A stretch of 51,810 bases of DNA, from assembly GCF_905480385.1 (NCBI RefSeq), contig NZ_CAJQQC010000136.1; one strand, written 5' to 3'. This DNA is from an uncultured Winogradskyella sp. Its GTDB lineage: Bacteria; Bacteroidota; Bacteroidia; Flavobacteriales; Flavobacteriaceae. The translations under genes and the position numbers were made by a program. The notes beneath the pieces were generated by a model that saw only the letters and a list, made by a program, of their open reading frames with translations, made no database searches and was not told the origin of the DNA. Positions 28,832 through 39,234 of the stretch are shown here, piece after piece; position 1 is the first letter of the stretch; each line of letters starts with the position of its first letter.

Positions 28832-28903
28832 TACCATAACATAAGTAGGTTAAGTTTATGGTAGATTTGGGGCAAAAAGGGTGAATTTATTTTCGCCCTT
28901 TTT
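28832..28903 (+). ncRNA. Candidate sRNA, copy 2 of tandem paralog pair
   Basis: Perfect TATATTTG at 28820-28827; 5' hairpin TACCATAA/TTATGGTA; terminator AAAAAGGGTGAA-N6-TTCGCCCTTTTT. Confidence 0.7.
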
Positions 28904-28926
28904 CATTTTAAATTATAAACACAAAT

Positions 28927-28956
28927 AAAAACCCAAGCTTTTCAGCTTAGGCTTTT
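28927..28956 (-). terminator. Intrinsic terminator of sodA
   Basis: Minus strand GCCTAAGCT-GAAA-AGCTTGGGT followed by a T-run. Confidence 0.8.
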
Positions 28957-28977
28957 ACTTTTATAATCTTCAACTAA

Positions 28978-29586
28978 TTACTTAGCCATAGCATAACGTC
29001 TTTCAACCTCATTCCAATTAATAACTTTAAAGAAAGCATCAATATAATCTGGTCTTCTGTTTTGATAGTTTAGGTAATACGCGTGTTCCCAAACGTCTAA
29101 TCCTAAAATTGGTGTGCCTTCACAAGTTACATCTGGCATCAATGGATTGTCTTGATTTGGTGTAGAGCAGACTTCTACTTTTCCTCCTTTGTGCACGCAT
29201 AACCAAGCCCAACCAGAACCAAATTGTGTTGCTGCCGCCTTGCTAAATGCTTCGATAAAAGCATCCTTAGAACCAAACTCTGCGTCGATAGCTTCTTTTA
29301 AATCTCCAGATAAATAACCTCTATCTTCAGGATTCATAACCTCCCAAAATAAAGAGTGGTTATAAAATCCACCACCATTATTTCGTACACCTGCATTAGA
29401 CATATCTAGGTTAGTTAAAATATCTTCGATAGATTTATTTGCTAAATCTGTACCTTCAATAGCGTTGTTTAATTTTGTTGTATATCCGTTGTGGTGCTTT
29501 GAGTGATGTATCTCCATTGTGCGAGCATCGATATGCGGCTCTAAGGCATCGTAAGCATATTTTAGTTTCGGTAATTCAAAAGCCAT
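28978..29586 (-). CDS. sodA: Superoxide dismutase, Mn/Fe family (Mn-like)
   Basis: [33 protein letters not shown]; start reassigned to MAFELP at 29586; TAAATTTG at 29626-29633. Confidence 0.93.
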   Translation of the reverse strand: MAFELPKLKYAYDALEPHIDARTMEIHHSKHHNGYTTKLNNAIEGTDLANKSIEDILTNLDMSNAGVRNNGGGFYNHSLFWEVMNPEDRGYLSGDLKEAIDAEFGSKDAFIEAFSKAAATQFGSGWAWLCVHKGGKVEVCSTPNQDNPLMPDVTCEGTPILGLDVWEHAYYLNYQNRRPDYIDAFFKVINWNEVERRYAMAK

Positions 29587-29700
29587 AATGTTTATGTTTT
29601 TAGATGTTAGTAATTTAAATTTTAACAAATTTACAATAATGACATCCAAAAATTCTAAATAAAATATTAAGATTCCTTATTTTGGTATAAAAATAATCTG

Positions 29701-32700
29701 TTGCAATCCACCTTTGAAATATACAGTGCATCTGCCGGTAGTGGTAAAACTTACACGCTTGCCAAATCTTACATAAAACGTCTTATTTCTTCTAAAAGCG
29801 CTGAACCTTTTAAAAATATCTTGGCCATTACCTTTACCAATAAGGCTGTTGGCGAAATGAAAACGCGAATAATAGAGATGCTTAAAACATTTTCGGCAGA
29901 AGATTATGCTGATAATCCGCATCCCATGTTTTTAGATATTTGCAAAGAGCTTCCTGTTTCTCCAGAAGAGCTTCACAAAAAATCAAAAACTGTACTACAC
30001 AAAATCTTACATAATTACGGAGCTTTTGATATTTCGACCATTGATGGGTTTACGCATCGTGTAATCAGAACCTTTGCTTTTGACTTAAAACTACCTGTAA
30101 ATTTTGAAGTCGAGCTTGACCAAGACTATTTACTGAGCAAAGCTGTAGATGCTTTGGTTGCCAAAGCAGGAAAAGATAAGATGCTAACCCAAATACTTGT
30201 TGATTTTGCCATTGAAAAAGCAGATGATGACAAAAGTTGGGATGTTAGTTATGATTTAAAAAAAATAGGTAAGCTTCTTCTAAATGAAAATGATATCCCA
30301 TATATAAATCAACTTAAAGAGAAAACACTTGACGATTTTAAAACACTTAAAAACACATTGCAAAAAACCATCGCAGAGCTCGAAATCAAAATCAATGAAG
30401 CAGCTAATAAAACATTACAACTCATTGACGAAGCGGGTTTACAATTCGATGATTTTAATCGAAGTTATTTACCTAAATATTTTGAAAAGTTAATTGGTAA
30501 TAATTTCAGTGTTAGTTTTGACCCCAACTGGCAAACTGATTTAGTTGATGGAAATATATTATATCCTAAACGTGTTTCAGATACCATAGCGCAAACAATA
30601 GAAAATATTCAACCTAATCTTGCAGCAGCTTTCACAAATACAAAACGTTGGATTTTTAATTTAAAATTTAATAAAGCAGTTTATAAAAACATTACACCGC
30701 TTTCTGTTATAAATGCACTTCAAAAAGAACTGAAAACTTTAAAAGAAGACGAGAATAAGTTGTTGATTTCAGAATTTAATTCACTTATAAGTAACGAGAT
30801 TAAAAATCAGCCAACACCTTTTATTTATGAACGTTTGGGTGAAAAATTCAGACATTATTTTGTGGATGAGTTTCAGGACACCTCGGCAATGCAATGGCAA
30901 AATTTAATACCTCTTATGGATAATGCATTATCTTCTACAAATGGCTCTGCAATGTTAGTGGGTGATGCCAAGCAATCTATTTATAGATGGCGTGGCGGTG
31001 ATGCGGAGCAGTTTATTGACTTGTACCAAAAGAAAACACATCCATTTCAGGTTAAGGCTGATGTTAAAAATTTAGAAAATAACTTCCGTAGTTACAAAGC
31101 CATTGTCAATTTTAATAATTCATTTTTTAAATTCATATCAGAGCAGTTTTTCTCAAACGTCAGTTATACCTTGCTTTATAAACACGCATCTCAAAAACTT
31201 AAAAAAGAAGAAGGTGGTTATGTCAATTTTTCATTTTTAGATTGGGAAAATACCGAAGACAGAACAAGTACTTACGAACAAAAAACCTTAGAGACTATTA
31301 AATCATGTCTTGAGAAAGGCTATGAGCCAAAAGATATTTGTGTTTTGGTACGTAAAAAGAAAGAAGGTATAGCTATTTCGGATTATCTGACAAATAATAA
31401 CATCAACATTGTTTCATCAGAAACATTACTATTAAACAATTCGCAGAAGGTGCAGTTACTCAATCAAGTGATGGCGTTATTGGTAAGTCCAGATGATGAA
31501 AAATTAAAGTTAGAGCTACTGAACAGCATTTCAATAATTTTCGATATTGAAGATAAACACTCATTTTTTTTGTCTCATCTTTCTCTTTCGGTTACAGAGT
31601 TATTAGATAAGCTTAAAGCGCTTAATATTGAAGTTAGTTATAACAAACTATTACAAATGCCTATTTATGAAATGGCTGAAAGTTTAGTTCGTGGTTTTGG
31701 CTTATGTAAAACAAATTCAGATGCTTATGTTCAGTTTTATCTAGACACCGTTTTTGATTATAGCATTAAACAATCGTCAGATATATTAGGCTTTTTGGAT
31801 TACTTTGAAACTAAAAAGGAAACGCTGAGTATAGCTATGTCTAATAACTTAAATGCGGTTTCTATAATGACAATACATAAATCCAAAGGCTTGGAATTTC
31901 CTGTAGTGGTTTTTCCTTTTGCAGATTTAAATATTTATAAAGAGTTAGAGCCAAAAGAATGGTTTCCGTTAGAAAAAGAAAGCTATAGTGGTTTTGAAAA
32001 TGCGCTAATAAATTACTCTAAAGATTTTCAGAATTTTGGCGGAGTTGGTGAGGCTATTCACAATGAACATCAATCAGAATTAGAACTAGATGGTATTAAC
32101 TTATTATATGTCACGTTGACTCGAGCCATTGAGCAATTATATATAATCACAAAAAAAGACATCAGCAACAAAGGTGTTGTTAACGAAAAATCATACGCTG
32201 GGATTTTTATTAATTTCCTTATTTCTGAAAATATATGGGATGAAAACCAAACTGAGTTCACTTTTGGAGAGCCTATAAAATTATCCATAGAAAAAACTAT
32301 TTCTGAAACATCAGAAGATTATGAGTTTATATCTACATCAAAAGATTCACATAACCTCAAAATTATTACTTCATCTGGTGTTCTATGGGAGACAGAACAA
32401 GAAAAGGCTATTGAATATGGAAATCTTGTGCATTTAGTGATGTCTAAAATCATAACTCAACATGATATCAATTTTGCGATAAATTCTGTAGTAAGTGAAG
32501 GACATATTAAAGCATCAGAATCAGAATCGCTTAAACAAATTGTACTTTCGATTATTGATCATAAAATGCTTTCAGGATATTTCTCAACTGACTATGACAT
32601 ATTTAATGAAAAAGATATAATAACTAAAGATGGCCGTTTTTTTAGACCAGATAGATTGGTTTTAAAAGACAAGATTGCTGTAATTATAGATTATAAAACT

Positions 32701-32832
32701 GGTCTTGAAAATAAAGGATATGAAGCTCAGATAAACGATTATGCTCAAGTCTTAGAAGAAATGGGGTTAATTATTGATAAAAAATTGATTGTTTATACCA
32801 ACGATACCATCAAAGTTTTAGAAGTTAAATAG
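29701..32832 (+). CDS. UvrD-type helicase with C-terminal PD-(D/E)XK nuclease (AddA-like)
   Basis: ASAGSGKT, AITFTNKA, VDEFQD, VGDAKQSIY, TIHKSKGLEF, YVTLTRA; RPDRL...IIDYKTG. Confidence 0.9.
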   Translation: MQSTFEIYSASAGSGKTYTLAKSYIKRLISSKSAEPFKNILAITFTNKAVGEMKTRIIEMLKTFSAEDYADNPHPMFLDICKELPVSPEELHKKSKTVLHKILHNYGAFDISTIDGFTHRVIRTFAFDLKLPVNFEVELDQDYLLSKAVDALVAKAGKDKMLTQILVDFAIEKADDDKSWDVSYDLKKIGKLLLNENDIPYINQLKEKTLDDFKTLKNTLQKTIAELEIKINEAANKTLQLIDEAGLQFDDFNRSYLPKYFEKLIGNNFSVSFDPNWQTDLVDGNILYPKRVSDTIAQTIENIQPNLAAAFTNTKRWIFNLKFNKAVYKNITPLSVINALQKELKTLKEDENKLLISEFNSLISNEIKNQPTPFIYERLGEKFRHYFVDEFQDTSAMQWQNLIPLMDNALSSTNGSAMLVGDAKQSIYRWRGGDAEQFIDLYQKKTHPFQVKADVKNLENNFRSYKAIVNFNNSFFKFISEQFFSNVSYTLLYKHASQKLKKEEGGYVNFSFLDWENTEDRTSTYEQKTLETIKSCLEKGYEPKDICVLVRKKKEGIAISDYLTNNNINIVSSETLLLNNSQKVQLLNQVMALLVSPDDEKLKLELLNSISIIFDIEDKHSFFLSHLSLSVTELLDKLKALNIEVSYNKLLQMPIYEMAESLVRGFGLCKTNSDAYVQFYLDTVFDYSIKQSSDILGFLDYFETKKETLSIAMSNNLNAVSIMTIHKSKGLEFPVVVFPFADLNIYKELEPKEWFPLEKESYSGFENALINYSKDFQNFGGVGEAIHNEHQSELELDGINLLYVTLTRAIEQLYIITKKDISNKGVVNEKSYAGIFINFLISENIWDENQTEFTFGEPIKLSIEKTISETSEDYEFISTSKDSHNLKIITSSGVLWETEQEKAIEYGNLVHLVMSKIITQHDINFAINSVVSEGHIKASESESLKQIVLSIIDHKMLSGYFSTDYDIFNEKDIITKDGRFFRPDRLVLKDKIAVIIDYKTGLENKGYEAQINDYAQVLEEMGLIIDKKLIVYTNDTIKVLEVK

Positions 32833-32861
32833 TAACTTTGTAAAAATAAAAAATAGCAATA

Positions 32862-34055
32862 ATGTACGGAGCAATAAAAGAATATCTTAATCAAGAAATT
32901 GAAAACATAAAAGATGCTGGGCTTTTTAAAGAAGAGCGAATCATCACCTCAGCTCAGGGGCCAGAAATTACTTTAAATACGGGTGAAAAAGTTTTAAATT
33001 TTTGTGCTAACAATTATTTAGGATTATCCTCGCATCCTGAAGTTGTAAAGGCAGCTCAAGATACTATGGATACTCATGGATTTGGGATGTCATCAGTACG
33101 TTTTATTTGTGGTACTCAAGACATACACAAAGAACTTGAGCAAAAAATAGCGGATTTTTATGGAACCGAAGATACCATACTTTATGCAGCAGCATTTGAT
33201 GCCAACGGTGGTGTTTTTGAGCCTTTGTTAGATAAGGAAGATGCTATTATCTCTGACTCTTTAAATCACGCATCCATTATTGATGGTGTACGTTTATGTA
33301 AGGCCGCTCGTTATCGTTATCAAAATAATGATATGGCGGACCTAGAAACTCAATTGATTGAAGCTAACAAAAATGGGGCACGACATAAAATAATTGTTAC
33401 CGACGGTGTGTTTTCTATGGATGGGCTTGTAGCACCTTTAGATAAAATTTGTGATTTAGCAGATAAATATGATGCTATGGTAATGATTGACGAGTGCCAT
33501 GCTACAGGTTTTATCGGAGAGACTGGAATTGGAACTCTTGAAGAAAAAGAAGTTTTAGGACGCATAGATATCATTACTGGAACTTTAGGAAAAGCATTGG
33601 GTGGAGCTATGGGTGGTTATACAACTGCAAAAAAAGAAATTATTGAAATCTTAAGACAGCGCTCTAGACCTTACTTATTTTCAAACTCTTTAGCACCAGC
33701 AATTGTTGGAGCTTCAATAAAAGTTTTTGAGATGTTATCTGGAGATACAACTTTAAGAGATAAGTTAGAGGATAATACAAGTTATTTTAAAAAAGAAATG
33801 AAAAAAGCTGGTTTCGATATTATTGATGGTGATTCTGCAATTGTTCCTGTTATGCTATATGATGCAAAGCTATCCCAAACTATGGCTAATATGCTTTTAG
33901 AAGAAGGAATATATGTCATAGGGTTTTTCTTTCCTGTAGTGCCAAAAGAAAAAGCTAGAATAAGAGTACAACTATCTGCTGCTCATGAAAAAGAACACTT
34001 AGATAAGGCTATTAATGCATTTACTGAAGTTGGTAGGAGATTAGAAATCATTTAA
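32862..34055 (+). CDS. kbl: Glycine C-acetyltransferase (2-amino-3-ketobutyrate CoA ligase)
   Basis: [49 protein letters not shown]. Confidence 0.95.
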   Translation: MYGAIKEYLNQEIENIKDAGLFKEERIITSAQGPEITLNTGEKVLNFCANNYLGLSSHPEVVKAAQDTMDTHGFGMSSVRFICGTQDIHKELEQKIADFYGTEDTILYAAAFDANGGVFEPLLDKEDAIISDSLNHASIIDGVRLCKAARYRYQNNDMADLETQLIEANKNGARHKIIVTDGVFSMDGLVAPLDKICDLADKYDAMVMIDECHATGFIGETGIGTLEEKEVLGRIDIITGTLGKALGGAMGGYTTAKKEIIEILRQRSRPYLFSNSLAPAIVGASIKVFEMLSGDTTLRDKLEDNTSYFKKEMKKAGFDIIDGDSAIVPVMLYDAKLSQTMANMLLEEGIYVIGFFFPVVPKEKARIRVQLSAAHEKEHLDKAINAFTEVGRRLEII

Positions 34056-34111
34056 ATTCTTTAGAATGGCTTTATTTAAAGGCTTTCTATCAATATTTTT
34101 ATATATTTGTC

Positions 34112-34142
34112 TTTGTTAATAATATTTAACAACTTACATTTG
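34112..34142 (+). promoter_or_regulatory. Promoter of ompA-like gene with overlapping inverted repeat
   Basis: TTTG(34112)-N19-TACATTTG(34135); TGTTAA-N6-TTAACA at 34114-34131. Confidence 0.7.
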
Positions 34143-34178
34143 CTATCAATTAACACTTAAAATTAAATTATTTAGAAT

Positions 34179-35570
34179 ATGAAAAATCTTAGCAGATTAT
34201 TATTTGTAGCTGTGCTTCTAGCTAGCTTTAGCACTGCTAACGCTCAGGATAAAAACAATCCTTGGGCTTTTGGCCTTGGTATCAATGCAGTTGATCCTTA
34301 TCCAGTAGGTGAGCCTCTTCCACAAGGTGAATTTTTTGATGAGTTTCTTAATGCGAACGATCATTACAATGTATTACCTTTCTTATCGAGACTAACAGTT
34401 TCTAGATATTTAGATGATGGTTTTACTTTTACTGTTGCTGGTAGTCTTAACAGAATTAACAAATTTGGAGATAATGTCGATGCTTTTGGTAATGAGACAA
34501 CTAACAGAGTTCCAGATTTAACTTACTACGCAGTTGACGGTACTGTTTCTTACAGTTTTATGAAATTAATAAAATCTAACACAATCGATCCTTACTTAGG
34601 TGTTGGTGGTGGTTATACATGGTTAGACAATATTGGAGCTGGTACTTTAAACGGAACATTAGGTTTAAGTTACTGGGTATCTGATAAAGTAGCACTTGAT
34701 CTACAGACTTCATACAAACATTCTTTTGAAGATAACTTACCTAAACATTTTCAACATGCTTTTGGTGTTAAATTCAAATTCGGTGGAACTGATACAGATG
34801 GTGATGGTATTTACGATAACGAAGATGCTTGTCCAGAAGTTGCAGGTTTAGAAGCTTTTAATGGTTGCCCTGATTCTGATAACGATGGTATAGAAGATTC
34901 TAAAGATGATTGTCCAAACGTAGCTGGTTTAGCTGAGTTTAACGGATGTCCAGATTCTGATGGTGATGGTGTTATTGATTCTAAAGATGATTGCCCAACA
35001 GTAGCTGGTTTAAAAGCATTGAACGGTTGTCCAGATGCTGATGGCGATGGTATTGCTGATGCTAAGGATGGTTGCCCAAATGAAGCTGGTCCTGCTGCAA
35101 ACAATGGATGTCCTTGGCCAGATACTGATGGTGACGGCGTTTTAGATAAAGATGATAACTGTCCAGATGTTGCCGGTACAGTAGCAAACAATGGTTGCCC
35201 AGAAGTAACAGAAGAGGTTCAAAACAAGTTAAATGCTTATGCAAAAACTATTTTATTTGATACGGGTAAAGACAGCATTAAAGATGAGTCTAAACAAGTT
35301 TTAGAAGACATTATTGCTATTCTTAATAAATATCCTACTTCTAAATTTACTGTAGATGGACATACTGATAGTGTTGGTTCAGAAAAATTAAACTTAAGAC
35401 TATCTGACGCTAGAGCTATATCTGTTAAGGATTATTTAGTTGCCAATGGCGTTGATGAGTTTAGATTGTCTGCTGACGGTTTTGGAGAGACTAAGCCAAT
35501 AGCTTCTAACAAAACAAGAGACGGTAGAGCACAAAACAGAAGAGTTGAGATTAATTTAGCTAAAGACTAA
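34179..35570 (+). CDS. ompA: OmpA family outer membrane protein with thrombospondin type-3 repeats
   Basis: Signal peptide, beta-barrel, DxDxDG..D..D.CP repeats, GHTDSVG, LSDARA, NRRVEI. Confidence 0.92.
   Translation: MKNLSRLLFVAVLLASFSTANAQDKNNPWAFGLGINAVDPYPVGEPLPQGEFFDEFLNANDHYNVLPFLSRLTVSRYLDDGFTFTVAGSLNRINKFGDNVDAFGNETTNRVPDLTYYAVDGTVSYSFMKLIKSNTIDPYLGVGGGYTWLDNIGAGTLNGTLGLSYWVSDKVALDLQTSYKHSFEDNLPKHFQHAFGVKFKFGGTDTDGDGIYDNEDACPEVAGLEAFNGCPDSDNDGIEDSKDDCPNVAGLAEFNGCPDSDGDGVIDSKDDCPTVAGLKALNGCPDADGDGIADAKDGCPNEAGPAANNGCPWPDTDGDGVLDKDDNCPDVAGTVANNGCPEVTEEVQNKLNAYAKTILFDTGKDSIKDESKQVLEDIIAILNKYPTSKFTVDGHTDSVGSEKLNLRLSDARAISVKDYLVANGVDEFRLSADGFGETKPIASNKTRDGRAQNRRVEINLAKD
34791..35205 (+). 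repeat. Five Ca-binding TSP3-like repeats (~69 bp period)
   Basis: Repeated D.DGDG..D..D.CP..AG....NGCP. Confidence 0.85.
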
Positions 35571-35601
35571 ATAGAAATTTCTCAAACACACATATAATTT
35601 C

Positions 35602-35634
35602 AAAAAAACGCTTCGGATATCCGAAGCGTTTTTT
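35602..35634 (+). terminator. Intrinsic terminator after ompA
   Basis: AAAAAACGCTTCGGA-TA-TCCGAAGCGTTTTTT. Confidence 0.92.
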
Positions 35635-35645
35635 ATTTTTAGATA

Positions 35646-38390
35646 ATGAATACTTTTATAGAAAATGTTTTACAAGATCTAAAAAATAAAGACTTCACTT
35701 TTTCAGAACTGATTTTTATTCTACCCAGTAAAAGAGCTGGAGTATTTCTAAAAAGTAGACTTCAAAATTACATTTCAGAAACTAGCTTTGCACCTGAAAT
35801 AGTTAGTATTGAAGATTTTGTTCAAGAACTTGCTCAACTAAGACAAATATCCGGAGTCGAGTTACTCTTTGAATTTTATTCATCCTACAAAAAAATTATA
35901 CCTCACAATAGGATTGAATCTTTTGACACCTTTTCAAAATGGGCACAAATATTGGTTCAGGATTTTAATGAAATTGATAGGTACTTAATCCCTACACAAC
36001 AAATTTTTGATTATTTAGGTGCAATCCAAGAACTAAATCACTGGTCATTAGAAAATCAAAAAACGGAGTTAGTTACAAATTACCTGAACTTTTGGAAAAG
36101 TCTAAAGAGCTACTATAATCAGTTTACTAACGATTTAATTTCTAAAGAAACTGGTTACCAGGGTTTAATATATAAAGAAGCTACAGAGCATGTAGAATCT
36201 TATATTCAAAACACAAAACATACTCATATTTTTCTTGGTTTTAATGCCCTGAATTCCGCTGAAGAATTAATTATTCAGGAATTACTTCAGAATAATAAAG
36301 CTAATATTTATTGGGATACTGATTTCCATTTTATGGATAACAAAAATCATACTACAAGCTTATTTACAAGACAATATCGACAAAAATGGCCTTTTTACAA
36401 GACTAACTCCTTTGATTGTATAACTTCTACTTATAGCACCAAAAAAAATATTAATATTATTGGTTGTCCGAAATCTATAGGTCAATGTAAATACGTTGGT
36501 AATCTTTTAAAAAAATTGTCTTTAGAAAATAACTCTTTAAATAGCACTGCTGTTGTATTAGGAGATGAGCAATTATTAACGCCTGTCTTAAACGCCTTAC
36601 CAGCGGTAATTGGCGCTGTAAACGTTACTATGGGATTACCTTTGAAATATATACCAATAGCATCGTTATTTGAGCAGCTTTTTACTATTCACAAAATAAA
36701 GATTGAGCGGTTTTATTATAAGGATGTTATAGCAATTCTGTCTCATCAAATGATTCAATACATTTTTGAGTCTAGTGAAAATATTACAAAAACAATTCAG
36801 AAAAATAACATCTCGTATTTATCTATCGATGATATTCTAAAATTATCAAAAGAATCAGATAAAGATATCATCCAGCTTCTTTTTGGTGATTGGCAAATAT
36901 CAATAGGTCAGAATATTAATAACTGTATAAAACTGATTCATCTCGTTAAAGATGGGTTTGAAAATGTAAAAGCAGAAAAACGTTTAGAATTAGAATATCT
37001 ATATCGTTTTAATACTCTTTTTAATGAAATAGCATCTTTAAATCTTAAGTTTGGTTTTATTACTGATGCTTCAGTACTCTTCTCGGTGTATAAAGAGTTA
37101 TTAAGTGGTGAAACTCTAGATTTTCAAGGAGAGCCGTTAGAGGGACTTCAAATTATGGGAATGTTAGAGTCTCGTGTCCTTGACTTTGAAACTGTAATTA
37201 TTACATCAGTAAACGAAGGTATTTTACCTGGTGGGAAAACTAATAATTCTTTTATCCCTTTCGACGTCAAGATTGAAAATAATTTACCTACATATAAAGA
37301 AAAAGATGCTGTCTATGCTTATCATTTTTATAGTCTAATCCAACGCGCTAAAAACATCTATTTAATTTATAATACTGAAGTCGATACACTAAAAGGTGGT
37401 GAGAAAAGCCGATTTATTACTCAACTAGAAGTAGAAGGCATTCATAATATAAAACACAAAATTATTTCGCCTAAAACTCCAAAGATAAATAATAAACCGA
37501 TAGTCATAAAAAAGAATAAAGACGTTATTTATAAACTTAAAACTTATGCTAATAAAGGATTTTCACCTTCATCTTTGACCAACTATATGCGCAATCCTGT
37601 AGACTTTTATTTTGAGAAAATATTAGATGTAAAGAATACTGAAGAGGTTGAAGAAACTGTTGCTGCCAATACTCTAGGAACTGTAGTGCACAACTCACTC
37701 GAAGATTTTTACAAACCCTTTGAAAACAAGTTTCTTCAAATCGAAGATATTAAAAAGATGAAATCTTTAATTGATATCACTATCACAAAACATTTCACTA
37801 AAGAATACAAACAAGGTGATATTACATCTGGGAAAAACCTAATTATATTCGAAATCGCAAAGCGCTATATCGTTAATTTTTTGAATTCTGAAATAGAGCT
37901 CCTAAAAAAGGGCAATACTCTTAAAATAGTTGCTATTGAGGTTGATAATACCGTTGCGATAGATATTCCAGAACTCGATTTCTCGATTAATCTAACAGGT
38001 AAAGTAGACCGTGTCGATGAACTTAATGGTGTAACACGGATAATCGACTATAAATCAGGAAAGGTTGAACAAGGTAATATGGAAATTGTAGATTGGGACT
38101 TATTAAATACAAACTATAAAAAGTACAGCAAATCATTTCAAGTGCTTTGCTATGCTTACATGATGAAAAAACAAAATTTAATTAATCTGCCTGTTGAAGC
38201 TGGGATCATTTCTTTTAAAAATTTAAAAAATGGGTTTCTGAAATTTTCAGAAAAGGAATCGACACATAGTCGAAATAAGAATCAACAAATCACAGAGGAA
38301 ACACTTCAGAATTTTGAGAAACAACTCAAATCAATAATTATAGAAATATGTAACCCAGACAAAAATTTTAAAGAAAAAGAGCTCGACTAA
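35646..38390 (+). CDS. PD-(D/E)XK nuclease with inactive helicase-like N-terminus (AddB-like)
   Basis: LPSKRAG, LQIMGMLESR, FSPSSL, GTVVH, GKVDRVD, IIDYKSG, QVLCY. Confidence 0.85.
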   Translation: MNTFIENVLQDLKNKDFTFSELIFILPSKRAGVFLKSRLQNYISETSFAPEIVSIEDFVQELAQLRQISGVELLFEFYSSYKKIIPHNRIESFDTFSKWAQILVQDFNEIDRYLIPTQQIFDYLGAIQELNHWSLENQKTELVTNYLNFWKSLKSYYNQFTNDLISKETGYQGLIYKEATEHVESYIQNTKHTHIFLGFNALNSAEELIIQELLQNNKANIYWDTDFHFMDNKNHTTSLFTRQYRQKWPFYKTNSFDCITSTYSTKKNINIIGCPKSIGQCKYVGNLLKKLSLENNSLNSTAVVLGDEQLLTPVLNALPAVIGAVNVTMGLPLKYIPIASLFEQLFTIHKIKIERFYYKDVIAILSHQMIQYIFESSENITKTIQKNNISYLSIDDILKLSKESDKDIIQLLFGDWQISIGQNINNCIKLIHLVKDGFENVKAEKRLELEYLYRFNTLFNEIASLNLKFGFITDASVLFSVYKELLSGETLDFQGEPLEGLQIMGMLESRVLDFETVIITSVNEGILPGGKTNNSFIPFDVKIENNLPTYKEKDAVYAYHFYSLIQRAKNIYLIYNTEVDTLKGGEKSRFITQLEVEGIHNIKHKIISPKTPKINNKPIVIKKNKDVIYKLKTYANKGFSPSSLTNYMRNPVDFYFEKILDVKNTEEVEETVAANTLGTVVHNSLEDFYKPFENKFLQIEDIKKMKSLIDITITKHFTKEYKQGDITSGKNLIIFEIAKRYIVNFLNSEIELLKKGNTLKIVAIEVDNTVAIDIPELDFSINLTGKVDRVDELNGVTRIIDYKSGKVEQGNMEIVDWDLLNTNYKKYSKSFQVLCYAYMMKKQNLINLPVEAGIISFKNLKNGFLKFSEKESTHSRNKNQQITEETLQNFEKQLKSIIIEICNPDKNFKEKELD

Positions 38391-39229
38391 TGCATATCGA
38401 AAAAAACATAATATTAAAACGCAATGGTCAAAAACCCATAGTTATTGATAAGTTTTATAATACTGGGTGTAATAATCAACCAATAGTTGTTTTCTGTCAT
38501 GGTTACAAAGGTTTTAAAGATTGGGGCGCCTGGGATATTATGGCAAAACAAATTGCCAAGGCTGGATTTTGTTTTGTTAAATTTAACTTTTCTCATAATG
38601 GTGGTACTGTTAAAAGCCCTATAGATTTCCCAGATTTAGAAGCGTTTGGTAATAATAACTATACAAGAGAACTTGATGATTTAGGCGATATTATTGATTG
38701 GATAGTTAAAAAATTTAAGGGTAATGCTGCTGTCGATATCCCAAAAATCAATCTTATAGGTCATAGCCGTGGTGGTGGCATCGCTATTTTAAAAACCTCT
38801 GAAGACTCTAGAATCAAAAAACTAATTACCCTTGCTAGTGTCTGTGACTTCGAAAAACGTACAGTTACTACTGGTGATTTAAAACAATGGAAAAAAAATG
38901 GCGTCAAATATGTTATTAACGGACGTACTAAACAAAAAATGCCTCATTTTTATCAATTTTATGAAGATTTTATTCGAAATCGTGAAAGGCTAAATATCAA
39001 ATTTGCTGCCAAAAAAATCAATATCCCACACCTAGTCATCCATGGGGATACTGATACTTCGGTTAGTATTTCTGAAGCTAAACAAATTTGTAAATGGAAC
39101 CCTAAAAGTCAACTTCAAATTATTGAAAATGCAGATCATGTATTTAACGTAAAGCATCCATGGAAAAGCCAGAGTTTACCAAAAGAATTTGAAAAGTTGA
39201 TATCCAGTACTATTCAATTTTTGAAATAG
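38390..39229 (+). CDS. Alpha/beta hydrolase
   Basis: HGYKGFKDWG, nucleophile GHSRGG, HGDTD, ADHVF. Confidence 0.9.
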   Translation: MHIEKNIILKRNGQKPIVIDKFYNTGCNNQPIVVFCHGYKGFKDWGAWDIMAKQIAKAGFCFVKFNFSHNGGTVKSPIDFPDLEAFGNNNYTRELDDLGDIIDWIVKKFKGNAAVDIPKINLIGHSRGGGIAILKTSEDSRIKKLITLASVCDFEKRTVTTGDLKQWKKNGVKYVINGRTKQKMPHFYQFYEDFIRNRERLNIKFAAKKINIPHLVIHGDTDTSVSISEAKQICKWNPKSQLQIIENADHVFNVKHPWKSQSLPKEFEKLISSTIQFLK

Positions 39230-39234
39230 ATAAA

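Noticed and set aside
28633-28903. CRISPR-array or mobile-element reading of the duplicated unit
   Set aside because: Only two copies with ~130 bp between them, each ending in a terminator; no cas or transposase genes
29587-29649. N-terminal extensions in the ORF track (sodA; likewise sufE, PorP, IPExxxVDY, usp, lpxH, AhpD-like)
   Set aside because: They run through promoter boxes or upstream genes; downstream ATGs match the family N-termini
34791-35205. 69-bp periodic repeats as a nucleic-acid array
   Set aside because: Fully explained by coding TSP3 repeats with synonymous variation
29701-38390. Helicase plus PD-(D/E)XK nuclease as an anti-phage defence system
   Set aside because: Motifs and sizes fit housekeeping AddAB; core-gene context with no defence-island neighbours
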